DNA from: Pseudomonadota bacterium
GTDB taxonomy: Bacteria > Bdellovibrionota > FAC87 > UBA2466
DNA: 16,140 bases
Assembly (NCBI GenBank): GCA_043718025.1
Contig: JAYSWN010000011.1
Location: 1-16,140, forward strand
Direction: 5' to 3'
Shown here one piece after another: positions 8,450 to 15,846 of the stretch (within the stretch, counting starts at the first letter, position 1; the number at the start of each line of letters is the position of its first letter). The notes beneath the pieces are model-generated. The model was not told where the DNA came from. It did no database searches and saw only the letters and a list, made by a program, of their open reading frames with translations. The position numbers were made by a program, and so were the translations under genes.

Positions 8450-9124
8450 TTAGCGCGGTAACCGGGTTATGAATTCTCGCAGGTTGAAATCAGCGCTGCC
8501 AAAACCGTTAAGGCTATTGCCGCCCCATTGTGCCGAGTTTCTTTGCGCCGTGGTCAATCTCACCAGGCAACCCAGGTACACCACCGAAACTAAGTAACGA
8601 GCCTCGCGCCGAGCCATTCCCTTTACCGAGGCGGCTTGCAAATTTCCCATCGCCTCGCTGATGCAGCGTTCTTGAAAGTTGTAAGTCCCCATCGCCATGT
8701 TTGCGACGCCTTGCTGATTTAATCCGCCGCTCGCCAAGCACTTTCCTTGGCCGTTGCTATTTGGTGACGAGTTGGTGCCGGTAGAGGTCTGAGCGGTGTT
8801 CGGGTTGGTAGAAAAATCGTTAAACTGATTGGTGCCGCCGAGGCCCGGGCTATAATTGAGTCCGTTGTAGCATTGGGCTTGGGTGCCGGTGGCCACCGCG
8901 TTTGGGGTGGCTGCGGTGTTTGTGGGCGAAGTGTTTATCTTACCGCTAGAGATCAGGTCAGACGCATCATCGCTAAAGCTGGCCTTGGAGCTTTTCCCTT
9001 TATCAGTCGTTGTTTCAATCTCTTCCAGCGCCTGTTTTGGTCCTGAGCAGCCTAAAAATAATTGGCTGGCGACAATCAGGGTGAAAATTGCGAATGCGGT
9101 GCCGTATCTTTGGGGCAAATACAT
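8450..9124 (-). CDS. Hypothetical lipoprotein with Ser/Thr/Asn/Gly-rich linker
   Basis: AAGGA RBS, lipobox FLGC, low-complexity middle, Cys-containing helical C-terminus. First gene of a likely two-gene operon. Confidence 0.75.
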   Translation of the reverse strand: MYLPQRYGTAFAIFTLIVASQLFLGCSGPKQALEEIETTTDKGKSSKASFSDDASDLISSGKINTSPTNTAATPNAVATGTQAQCYNGLNYSPGLGGTNQFNDFSTNPNTAQTSTGTNSSPNSNGQGKCLASGGLNQQGVANMAMGTYNFQERCISEAMGNLQAASVKGMARREARYLVSVVYLGCLVRLTTAQRNSAQWGGNSLNGFGSADFNLREFITRLPR

Positions 9125-9172
9125 GGTTTAGGTCCTTCCAAGGTGCATCTCAAAGCTGTGCTAGCTAACTAG

Positions 9173-9188
9173 TGCAAGCGGGGGGCCA
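9173..9188 (-). promoter_or_regulatory. Putative sigma54 promoter
   Basis: Minus strand TGGCCCCCCGCTTGCA fits TGGC-N7-TTGCA, about 49 nt upstream of the ATG at 9124. Confidence 0.6.
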
Positions 9189-9291
9189 CGGTTTTGAGCG
9201 CCTGAACGGGCGAGAGCCACTGTGCACTAATGGAATACTAGTGGGGCCTTTAGCTGGGGGGGGCAACGCAACCAGGCTAAAAATGTAATAT

Positions 9292-9304
9292 TATCAATAA
9301 TTTA
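9292..9304 (+). promoter_or_regulatory. IHF-binding consensus
   Basis: TATCAATAATTTA matches WATCAANNNNTTR within an AT-rich tract of a divergent intergenic region. Confidence 0.55.
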
Positions 9305-9469
9305 AATATGATTGTTAACAGTGGCTATCTTTTTTGAAGCGGTACACGCAGTTGACACCCCTTTTGCCCAATATCGGTTAACCTAATAGTAGTGCCCCAT
9401 AGTTTCTAAGCTCGTTTTCTTCGCTTAGAACTTCCGCCCCCAACAAACAACCCAATCAGGAGTTCCCCC

Positions 9470-10261
9470 ATGAGAATGTCTTTTCTCGTGCTGTTGCTAT
9501 TCGTTGCATCAGCGCATGCCGCTATTGAACGTGGTTTTGTCGAAACCCCCGGAGGCTACAACAAAGCCTTATTGGTTTCGGTAGGCCACGGCCTATCGGG
9601 TCTTGATTTTGACATCAAGAACGTTAAGGAAATGATCGCCAACCCGGCCTACGAGTTCCAGTTTTCGGAGCTGCACGAAGGGCAGGCCCAAGTGGCCGAC
9701 GTAAAAAAAGCGCTTACTCAAGCGGCCCAAGATGCCCGCGACGGCACCTTCTTTTTTTACTACACCGGACATGGGGGAGTGGGCACATTGTGGCTGCAAG
9801 ATACGACCATCAAAGTGGAAGAGATTCGTAAGGCGATCGAAGACGGCCGCGCCAATTCGGGCCCTTTGAAACGTTTGGTGATTATTTATGACTCGTGCCA
9901 CGCCGGCAGCATGATGGACCCAATGCGGTTAGGTGGCTTTGGCGGGATTAAAGACGAAACGGTTCGCAACTCTATGGTTGCCGATGGATTGCTCGCTGAG
10001 TTCTCCAAGCCCAGCCGCACGGGCGCCGCCTATTGGGAAAAACTGATGATCATTGCCTCCTCTCGCGCCGACGAGAGTTCTCTAGCTTCCTCAACGGGTT
10101 CGATCTTCACGTTGGCCATGAAGAAAGCCTACGACGAAGCGATGAAAGCGAATGATACGGTTAATAAGTTTATTGAGCTGTCACAAAAATACACCGAAGG
10201 GCACCATCCGGTGGCCCGGCTCGTGCCCGCGAGTCTCGGTAACGAGAAGATGGTTCCGTAA
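9470..10261 (+). CDS. Secreted caspase-family (peptidase C14, metacaspase-like) protease
   Basis: His/Cys dyad in FFFYYTGHG and IIYDSCHAG, p10-like IIASSRADE...GSIFT region, signal peptide ending ASAHA, AGGAG RBS. Confidence 0.88.
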   Translation: MRMSFLVLLLFVASAHAAIERGFVETPGGYNKALLVSVGHGLSGLDFDIKNVKEMIANPAYEFQFSELHEGQAQVADVKKALTQAAQDARDGTFFFYYTGHGGVGTLWLQDTTIKVEEIRKAIEDGRANSGPLKRLVIIYDSCHAGSMMDPMRLGGFGGIKDETVRNSMVADGLLAEFSKPSRTGAAYWEKLMIIASSRADESSLASSTGSIFTLAMKKAYDEAMKANDTVNKFIELSQKYTEGHHPVARLVPASLGNEKMVP

Positions 10262-10266
10262 CCTTG

Positions 10267-10956
10267 TCAGTTTAAATCGATCCAGCGGTAAGTGCCCTCG
10301 GTGTGAATCGCACCGAGGGTAACCGTAATTTCATTTTTAAAATTTGGCCCCTGGCAGGTGAAGGTGTGGAACTCTCCCTTTTCACCGCAGGGGTCGTTTT
10401 GTTTTTGCAGGGCTTGTAAAAAACTTTGATTGAAATCTTGCCCCAGCCAAACCTCGTCGATCTTCTCTTTCCATACGCTGACAACCTTACCGCGAAAGCC
10501 GGTGCTCAAAATTTCTTGCGCGAGCGCCGCGGTATCACTCCCCCACAACGGAAAAAGAGGTTCTAGCGAAAGCCGCTTTAAAAAAGCTTCGCGGTATTGT
10601 CGAATATCTTTCAGAAACAGATCACCAAATGCCACGGCCTCTACGCCTAAATCTCGGCGCGATTCGAACAAGAGTGCCGCCAAGCGGTCCTCGTAAACGG
10701 GGTTCGGGCAGTTGGCGGGAAGGGGCAAGAGGGCGAGGGGCAAACCCAGCTCATCGGCCTGCCTCTTTAAAAGCTTTTCGCTAACGCCGTGAATCGGCAT
10801 GCGACCCGTGGCTTCATTTAGGGTCGAAACCAATCCCACCACTTCGCAAGTGGCACTTTGCTGCAGGCGCCATAGCGCCATGGCCGCGTCTTTACCGCCG
10901 GACCAAGAAACTAGCGTTCTATTCTTACCTGCCGATTTTTGTCTGGGGTGAGTCAT
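10267..10956 (-). CDS. Diphthamide-synthase-like PP-loop ATPase (MJ0570/ATP_bind_4 family)
   Basis: SWSGGKD PP-loop, MPIHG, AFGDLFL, PLFPLW, DPCGEKGEFHT. Confidence 0.9.
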   Translation of the reverse strand: MTHPRQKSAGKNRTLVSWSGGKDAAMALWRLQQSATCEVVGLVSTLNEATGRMPIHGVSEKLLKRQADELGLPLALLPLPANCPNPVYEDRLAALLFESRRDLGVEAVAFGDLFLKDIRQYREAFLKRLSLEPLFPLWGSDTAALAQEILSTGFRGKVVSVWKEKIDEVWLGQDFNQSFLQALQKQNDPCGEKGEFHTFTCQGPNFKNEITVTLGAIHTEGTYRWIDLN

Positions 10957-11040
10957 CTTTCGCCAGCCTACGCAATGTACGCGTGGGTAAAAAGGACAAA
11001 AAATTGTCTCTGACTACGACTCGCACAGCTGTCAAAGCGT

Positions 11041-11056
11041 TGGCACCAAAACTGCT
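11041..11056 (+). promoter_or_regulatory. Putative sigma54 promoter
   Basis: TGGCACCAAAACTGCT has TGGCAC and TGCT at exact spacing, 36 nt upstream of the ATG at 11093. Confidence 0.65.
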
Positions 11057-11092
11057 CTAGCTACTGGGCGAGGGACTTTCGGGGGACAGCAA

Positions 11093-11695
11093 ATGACACG
11101 GCATCAATCAATAATCAGCACCCTATTCTTAGGACTAACGTTTTTGCTTATCGGCTGCGGCGAAAAGTCTGCCACGCCGCCCGCTAATCCTCCACCTCCT
11201 CCCGTGACCACCCCTAGCGGCCAGCCTGGGCCGAACGGACAGTTGCCCGGTGGTCAGCCCGGCCAGGGTTTTCCCGGCGGTCAACCAGGCCCCGCAATGC
11301 CTGGCGGACAGGTTGGCGGACCAGGCGCGCCCGGCGGCATTGCCGGTAACGGAAACGAATTTTGCGACGGCGATTGGTGCTACGACTACTACAACCAAGG
11401 TGGGGGCTTTGGACAAGGCGGATACCAGCAGCCTGGCTACAACGACCAGAATTACGGCGGCAACGGTTACAACGACGGCTATTATTCTGACTACTACGGT
11501 GGCGGAAACGATTACTCGAACCAGTGGAATAGCGGATGGAATAACGACGGCTATTACTACTACGGCGACGATTTCTACCTGGACGCACGCGCGAACGCAC
11601 TTTCGCGGACTCGCAGCATGAAAAGAGACACCTCAGCGTACGGCAACTCGAGAAGCAGCAAGAAGATTAAAGTTCGCGCGCGCTACCGCTGGTAG
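11093..11695 (+). CDS. Low-complexity lipoprotein (Pro-rich, PGGQ repeats, Gly/Tyr/Asn/Asp-rich)
   Basis: Lipobox LIGC, GGGGA RBS, followed by a strong terminator. Confidence 0.8.
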   Translation: MTRHQSIISTLFLGLTFLLIGCGEKSATPPANPPPPPVTTPSGQPGPNGQLPGGQPGQGFPGGQPGPAMPGGQVGGPGAPGGIAGNGNEFCDGDWCYDYYNQGGGFGQGGYQQPGYNDQNYGGNGYNDGYYSDYYGGGNDYSNQWNSGWNNDGYYYYGDDFYLDARANALSRTRSMKRDTSAYGNSRSSKKIKVRARYRW

Positions 11696-11730
11696 ATTAA
11701 CTCTGACTCCGGTTGGGAGTCATAAGAATT

Positions 11731-11769
11731 GCCCCCTTGATCCTCACGGATCTCGGGGGCTTTTTTTTT
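11731..11769 (+). terminator. Rho-independent terminator
   Basis: GCCCCC-tt-GATCC-tcac-GGATC-tc-GGGGGC then T9. A second small hairpin TGACTCC/GGAGTCA lies at 11704-11722. Confidence 0.88.
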
Positions 11770-11796
11770 GCGCGCCGGGCATGGTAGGCTTACCCC

Positions 11797-12024
11797 GTGA
11801 ATTACTCTGTAATCGAAATTCGTTACTGCACCCTTTGAAACTACAAACCTGAGGCCGCCCGGGTGGCGGCCGAGATTGAAAAGATAACCGGTATCAAAGT
11901 GCAGCAAGTTCCCGGGTCGCGGGGAATTTTTGACGTGTTGGCCGACGGTAAGCTGATTTATTCTAAGTACCAAACCGGGCGTTTTCCCGAGGTGGGCGAA
12001 GTCAGCGGCCTACTCAAGGGCTAG
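11797..12024 (+). CDS. SelW/SelT/SelH (Rdx family) selenoprotein, 75 aa, CxxU motif
   Basis: Manual translation with TGA 11836-11838 read as Sec: MNYSVIEIRYCTLUNYKPEAARVAAEIEKITGIKVQQVPGSRGIFDVLADGKLIYSKYQTGRFPEVGEVSGLLKG*. Rdx motifs I.YCxxU.Y, G.F(D/E)V, SK...GRFP are all present. Confidence 0.88.
11853..11871 (+). promoter_or_regulatory. Putative bacterial SECIS hairpin
   Basis: GGCCGCC-cgggt-GGCGGCC starts 14 nt after the in-frame TGA. The G-containing apical loop is about 21 nt from the UGA. Confidence 0.7.
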
Positions 12025-12051
12025 AAAGGCCAGGCGGCCGGGGCGAAACCT

Positions 12052-12079
12052 TTGCAAAAGGGCCTTGGCCGGGTAGCTT
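12052..12079 (+). promoter_or_regulatory. Putative sigma70 promoter of ileS
   Basis: TTGCAA-16 nt-TAGCTT ending 9 nt before the ATG at 12089. No clear Shine-Dalgarno. Confidence 0.4.
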
Positions 12080-12088
12080 TGACGGTCC

Positions 12089-15000
12089 ATGAAGCCAGTA
12101 AAAACCGACATCCGTTTCCCCGAATTAGAAAAGTCAGTCCTCAAATTTTGGAAAGACCAGGGGATTACCCAGAAGGGGCTGTACGCCAACCAAGAAAAGG
12201 CGAACGAAGCCGGTGGCCGGTACGTGTTTTACGATGGTCCGCCATTTGCCACCGGAATGCCCCACTACGGGCACATCCTTGCCGGCACTCTAAAAGACAT
12301 CGTGCCCCGCTACTGGGTGATGAAGGGCAAGTTTGTCGAGCGGCGATGGGGCTGGGATTGCCACGGGCTGCCGGTTGAATTTGAGATGGAGAACGAGCTG
12401 GGGCTTTCTGGCGTTCGCGACATCGAAAAGTACGGCGTAAAGAATTTTAACGAAGCCTGTCGCGGCATTGTCGATCGCTACACTAAAGAGTGGGAAACCA
12501 TCGTGCAGCGCACCGGCCGTTGGGCCGACTTTGAGCGTGGTTACCGCACCATGGACCTGTCGTTTATGGAATCGGTGTGGTGGGTGGTGGCCCAGCTGTT
12601 TAACCAGGGGCTTATTTACGAAGGCTACCGGGTGATGCCGTATTCGTGGCGCGTGGCTACGCCGCTTTCTAACTTTGAGGCGGGTCTAAATTACAAAGAG
12701 GTTCAGGATCCGTCGCTTACCCTTAGGTTTAAAGAGGTGGGTAGTCCCCGCGTGTTTTTGGCTTGGACGACCACCCCGTGGACGTTGCCGTCGAATTTAG
12801 CGTTGGCGGTGGGCCCCGAGATTGATTACGTCGAAATCACCGAGGTGAAAACCAGTGACCGGCTGGTGCTGGCTAAAGATCGTTTGGCTACGTACTTTAA
12901 AAACGAGGCCGACTACAGAGTAGAAAAAACTTTTAAGGGGAAACAGCTGGAAGGGCTCAAGTACGAGCCGTTGTTTGCGCATTTCGCGGATCAAAAGGGT
13001 GCCTTTCGTATTTTAGTGGGCGATCACGTTACCACCACCGATGGCACCGGCATTGTGCACACCGCCCCTGCCTTCGGCGAAGAAGATTTTGCGTTGGCGA
13101 AGAAGTACGGCATTGAGTTGGTCGACCCTGTCGATCACGAAGGTAAGTTTACTTCGGCGGTGCCAGAATATGCCGGGCAGAATGTAAAAGAGGCCGATAA
13201 AGCCATCATTAAAGATCTAAAGGCGCGCGGCTCGATTTTTAAACACGAAACATTTTTGCACAATTACCCATTTTGCTGGCGCAGTGATACCCCGCTTATT
13301 TACAAGGCGATTTCAACTTGGTTCGTTAAGCTCGATCCGCTCAAAGCGCGGTTGATTGCCAACAATCAAAAAACCAACTGGGTGCCCGAGCACTTGCGCG
13401 ACGGCCGTTTTGGTAACTGGCTTGAAAACGCGCGTGACTGGAACATTTCGCGCAACCGGTTTTGGGGTACGCCAATTCCTATTTGGCGCACCGAAGATGG
13501 CTCTGAAATGGTTTGCATTGGTTCGGTGGCCGAGCTTGAGAAGTTGAGCGGGCGTAAGTTTACCGACATTCACAAGCATTTTGTGGATGACGTGGTGCTC
13601 ACTTCAAAATCGGGCAAACCCATGCACCGCATTCCCGAGGTGCTCGACTGCTGGTTCGAAAGCGGCTCGATGCCCTACGCCCAGGCGCATTACCCCTTTG
13701 AAAATAAAGAGACGTTCGAAAAGAATTTTCCGGCGCAGTTTATTGCCGAGGGCATCGATCAAACCCGCGGGTGGTTCTACACGCTATCGGTATTATCGAC
13801 GGCGCTTTTTGATCAGCCGGCGTTCAAAAACGTAATCGTGAATGGACTCATCTTGGCCGAAGACGGCAAGAAGATGAGTAAGCGCCTCAAGAATTATCCG
13901 GATCCGACCCACGTGATGGATACCTACGGGGCGGACGCGATGCGAGCGTACCTGATGAACTCTCCCGCGTCGCACGCCGAAGACTTGCGTTTCTCAGAGG
14001 CGGGCGTGAAGGAAGTGGTGCGATCGGTGATTTTGCCGCTTTGGAACTCGTATAGTTTCTTTGTCACCTACGCGCTGGCCGACAAGTGGGAGCCTAAGTC
14101 GCGAGCCGTGGTGCCCGATACCTTACTTGATAAATGGATTGTTTCGCGGTTGGAGAGCATGATCCAGCTCGTAAATAATTTGATGAAGGACTACCAGCTC
14201 TACATCGTAGTTCCCGAAGTGCTAAAATTTATCGATGAGTTAACCAATTGGTACATTCGTTTAAACCGCCGCAGGTTTTGGGCCGACGGCGAGAGCCAAA
14301 CGAAGACGTCGGCTTACTCGACGCTGTACTACGTTTTAACTCGATTTTGTAAAGTGTTGGCGCCGATCCTTCCCTTTGTAACGGAAGAAATTTACCAGAA
14401 TCTGGAGCGTGATTTAAATGGCAAAGAGAGCGTGCACCTTACGTCGTTTCCCGAGGCGCAGGAAAAGTGGTTTGATCCTACTCTAGAAAAGCACATGAAG
14501 CTGTTTCAGCGCGTGGTTGGCATGGGGCGTAATTGCCGCAGCGTTAATAATTTGAAAACGCGGCAGCCGCTTAAAGAGATTTACGTCATCACCCGCAGTG
14601 AGTCTGATCGAAGCACCATTGAACTGTTTTCGGATCTTATTGCCCAAGAGCTTAACGTGAAGAAGGTGAGCTTTTCTAACGATGAGTCGAAGTGGGTTTC
14701 GTATGTGGCTTTGCCCGATTTAAAAAAGCTGGGGAAAAAACTCGGAGCGGGTCTTAAAGAAGTTACCAGCCAGATCAAGGGCATGACCAGCGCCCAAATC
14801 GTAGAGTTTGAAACCAAGCAAAGCGCGACGTTTGCGGGCAAAGAGATCAAATTTGACGAAGTTTTAGTGCAGACCGTTCCCCTTAAGGCCGGGGCTATCC
14901 AGTCCGAAGCCGGGGTGACGATTTGGCTGAATAGCGAAATCGATGAGAATTTGTTGTTTGAAGGCATTGCGCGTGAGTTTGTAAATCGGGTGCAGAAGCT

Positions 15001-15205
15001 GCGCAAAGATCAGCAGTTCGTGGTGACCGATCGCATTCACGTGAAGTTTGAGACGTCGGAAGAGATCTCCCGGGCGATTGAAAAAAACTCTACCTACATC
15101 GCGGGGGAAACCCTCGCGTCGTCGATTAAGGCGGGGCAGGGGCCGTGGCTCACCGAGCAGGATATCGACGGCGAAGTGCTGAAGTTAGCGATCGAAAAGG
15201 CGTAG
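12089..15205 (+). CDS. ileS: Isoleucine--tRNA ligase, type 2 (IleRS2)
   Basis: FYDGPPFATGMPHYGH, GWDCHGLP, AWTTTPWTLPSN, GTGIVH editing motif, WNISR, KMSKR. The long C-terminal domain (EGIAREFVNRVQKLRK) lacks the IleRS1 zinc finger. Confidence 0.98.
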   Translation: MKPVKTDIRFPELEKSVLKFWKDQGITQKGLYANQEKANEAGGRYVFYDGPPFATGMPHYGHILAGTLKDIVPRYWVMKGKFVERRWGWDCHGLPVEFEMENELGLSGVRDIEKYGVKNFNEACRGIVDRYTKEWETIVQRTGRWADFERGYRTMDLSFMESVWWVVAQLFNQGLIYEGYRVMPYSWRVATPLSNFEAGLNYKEVQDPSLTLRFKEVGSPRVFLAWTTTPWTLPSNLALAVGPEIDYVEITEVKTSDRLVLAKDRLATYFKNEADYRVEKTFKGKQLEGLKYEPLFAHFADQKGAFRILVGDHVTTTDGTGIVHTAPAFGEEDFALAKKYGIELVDPVDHEGKFTSAVPEYAGQNVKEADKAIIKDLKARGSIFKHETFLHNYPFCWRSDTPLIYKAISTWFVKLDPLKARLIANNQKTNWVPEHLRDGRFGNWLENARDWNISRNRFWGTPIPIWRTEDGSEMVCIGSVAELEKLSGRKFTDIHKHFVDDVVLTSKSGKPMHRIPEVLDCWFESGSMPYAQAHYPFENKETFEKNFPAQFIAEGIDQTRGWFYTLSVLSTALFDQPAFKNVIVNGLILAEDGKKMSKRLKNYPDPTHVMDTYGADAMRAYLMNSPASHAEDLRFSEAGVKEVVRSVILPLWNSYSFFVTYALADKWEPKSRAVVPDTLLDKWIVSRLESMIQLVNNLMKDYQLYIVVPEVLKFIDELTNWYIRLNRRRFWADGESQTKTSAYSTLYYVLTRFCKVLAPILPFVTEEIYQNLERDLNGKESVHLTSFPEAQEKWFDPTLEKHMKLFQRVVGMGRNCRSVNNLKTRQPLKEIYVITRSESDRSTIELFSDLIAQELNVKKVSFSNDESKWVSYVALPDLKKLGKKLGAGLKEVTSQIKGMTSAQIVEFETKQSATFAGKEIKFDEVLVQTVPLKAGAIQSEAGVTIWLNSEIDENLLFEGIAREFVNRVQKLRKDQQFVVTDRIHVKFETSEEISRAIEKNSTYIAGETLASSIKAGQGPWLTEQDIDGEVLKLAIEKA

Positions 15206-15253
15206 GGCCTGCGTAGGCTTAGGGTCGCAAAATGAGGTCTCTAAATCATTCTC

Positions 15254-15289
15254 AAAATAAAGGGAGCGGTCGCAACGCTTCCGCCCCCT
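15254..15289 (-). terminator. Rho-independent terminator
   Basis: Minus strand AGGGGGCGG...CCGCTCCCT followed by TTATTTT, just after the stop at 15304. Confidence 0.7.
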
Positions 15290-15303
15290 CAACGTAATTA
15301 AAT

Positions 15304-15552
15304 TTAGTGCTTAACTGCGTCTTCAGCGGCCTTCTTGGCCTTTTTGCCTTTTTTGTGGGCTTTGTGGCCCGCATCTTTGGCGGTTTCGGCAGTTTTGTGG
15401 GCCGCTTCGGTTGTAGCGGTAGTGGTCGTGGCTGCGCCTTCAGCGGTTGCTTCTACTTTTTTGTGGGCGTCAGCGGCGGCGCCGGTCAAGGCGTCGTCAG
15501 CAAAAACGTTGAAAGTGAGTACGGCCGCAATCGCGATTACTAGATGTTTCAC
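15304..15552 (-). CDS. Small exported Ala/Thr/Lys/His-rich protein
   Basis: GTG start after AAGGA, signal peptide MKHLVIAIAAVLTFNVFA, disordered mature part, own terminator. Confidence 0.8.
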   Translation of the reverse strand: MKHLVIAIAAVLTFNVFADDALTGAAADAHKKVEATAEGAATTTTATTEAAHKTAETAKDAGHKAHKKGKKAKKAAEDAVKH

Positions 15553-15754
15553 AATGTTTCCTTTTAGGTTTGGGAGAATTGAAAGCGCCGTGCATTCGGC
15601 CCATTGCCCAAGCGCGGCAGCCTTCGGTAGAGCGTATCAATCCCAATCTGCACGACGTAAGTCAAAGAAATGATGGGGCAGAGTCCTTGCTAGAGGCGCG
15701 GTAGCACTCGCCAATGGTGGGCGCCTATGTTACCCAGAATGTCTTCAATTTTGG

Positions 15755-15828
15755 GGGCCCATAGCTCAACCGGATAGAGCACCAGATTTCTAATCTGGGG
15801 GTTCGGTGTTCAAGTCACCGTGGGCCCA
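15755..15828 (+). tRNA. tRNA-Arg (anticodon TCT)
   Basis: Acceptor stem GGGCCCA/TGGGCCC, D arm GCTC..GAGC with A20, anticodon arm CCAGA-TTTCTAA-TCTGG, T arm CGGTG-TTCAAGT-CACCG. CCA is not encoded. Confidence 0.96.
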
Positions 15829-15833
15829 TTTAT

Positions 15834-15846
15834 TATCAAGTAGTTA
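15834..15846 (+). promoter_or_regulatory. IHF-binding consensus next to the tRNA attachment site
   Basis: TATCAAGTAGTTA is an exact WATCAANNNNTTR match, 5 nt after the tRNA end. Confidence 0.65.

Noticed and set aside
9352..9430. TTGACA promoter and leader hairpin (TTCTAAGC/GCTTAGAA) before the caspase gene
   Set aside because: No -10 box at 16-18 nt spacing, and the hairpin matches no riboswitch I recognise.
11200..11580. Short DNA repeats (CCCGGCGGTCA, AACGACGGCTATTA) as a possible CRISPR or VNTR
   Set aside because: They are in-frame, vary at synonymous positions and are irregularly spaced, so they are coding repeats. No cas genes are present.
11683..11973. 96-aa minus-strand ORF in the track
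   Set aside because: Antisense shadow of the Rdx selenoprotein. It crosses a terminator and has no recognisable motif.
12025..12088. T-box leader for ileS
   Set aside because: Only 64 nt of intergenic space, with no T-box motif or terminator.
271..15673. Many short ORFs overlapping the main genes (e.g. 271-606, 5041-5718, 6596-7090, 12052-12378, 14581-15006, 15307-15673)
   Set aside because: Antisense or alternate-frame shadows of well-supported genes, with no RBS or motifs.
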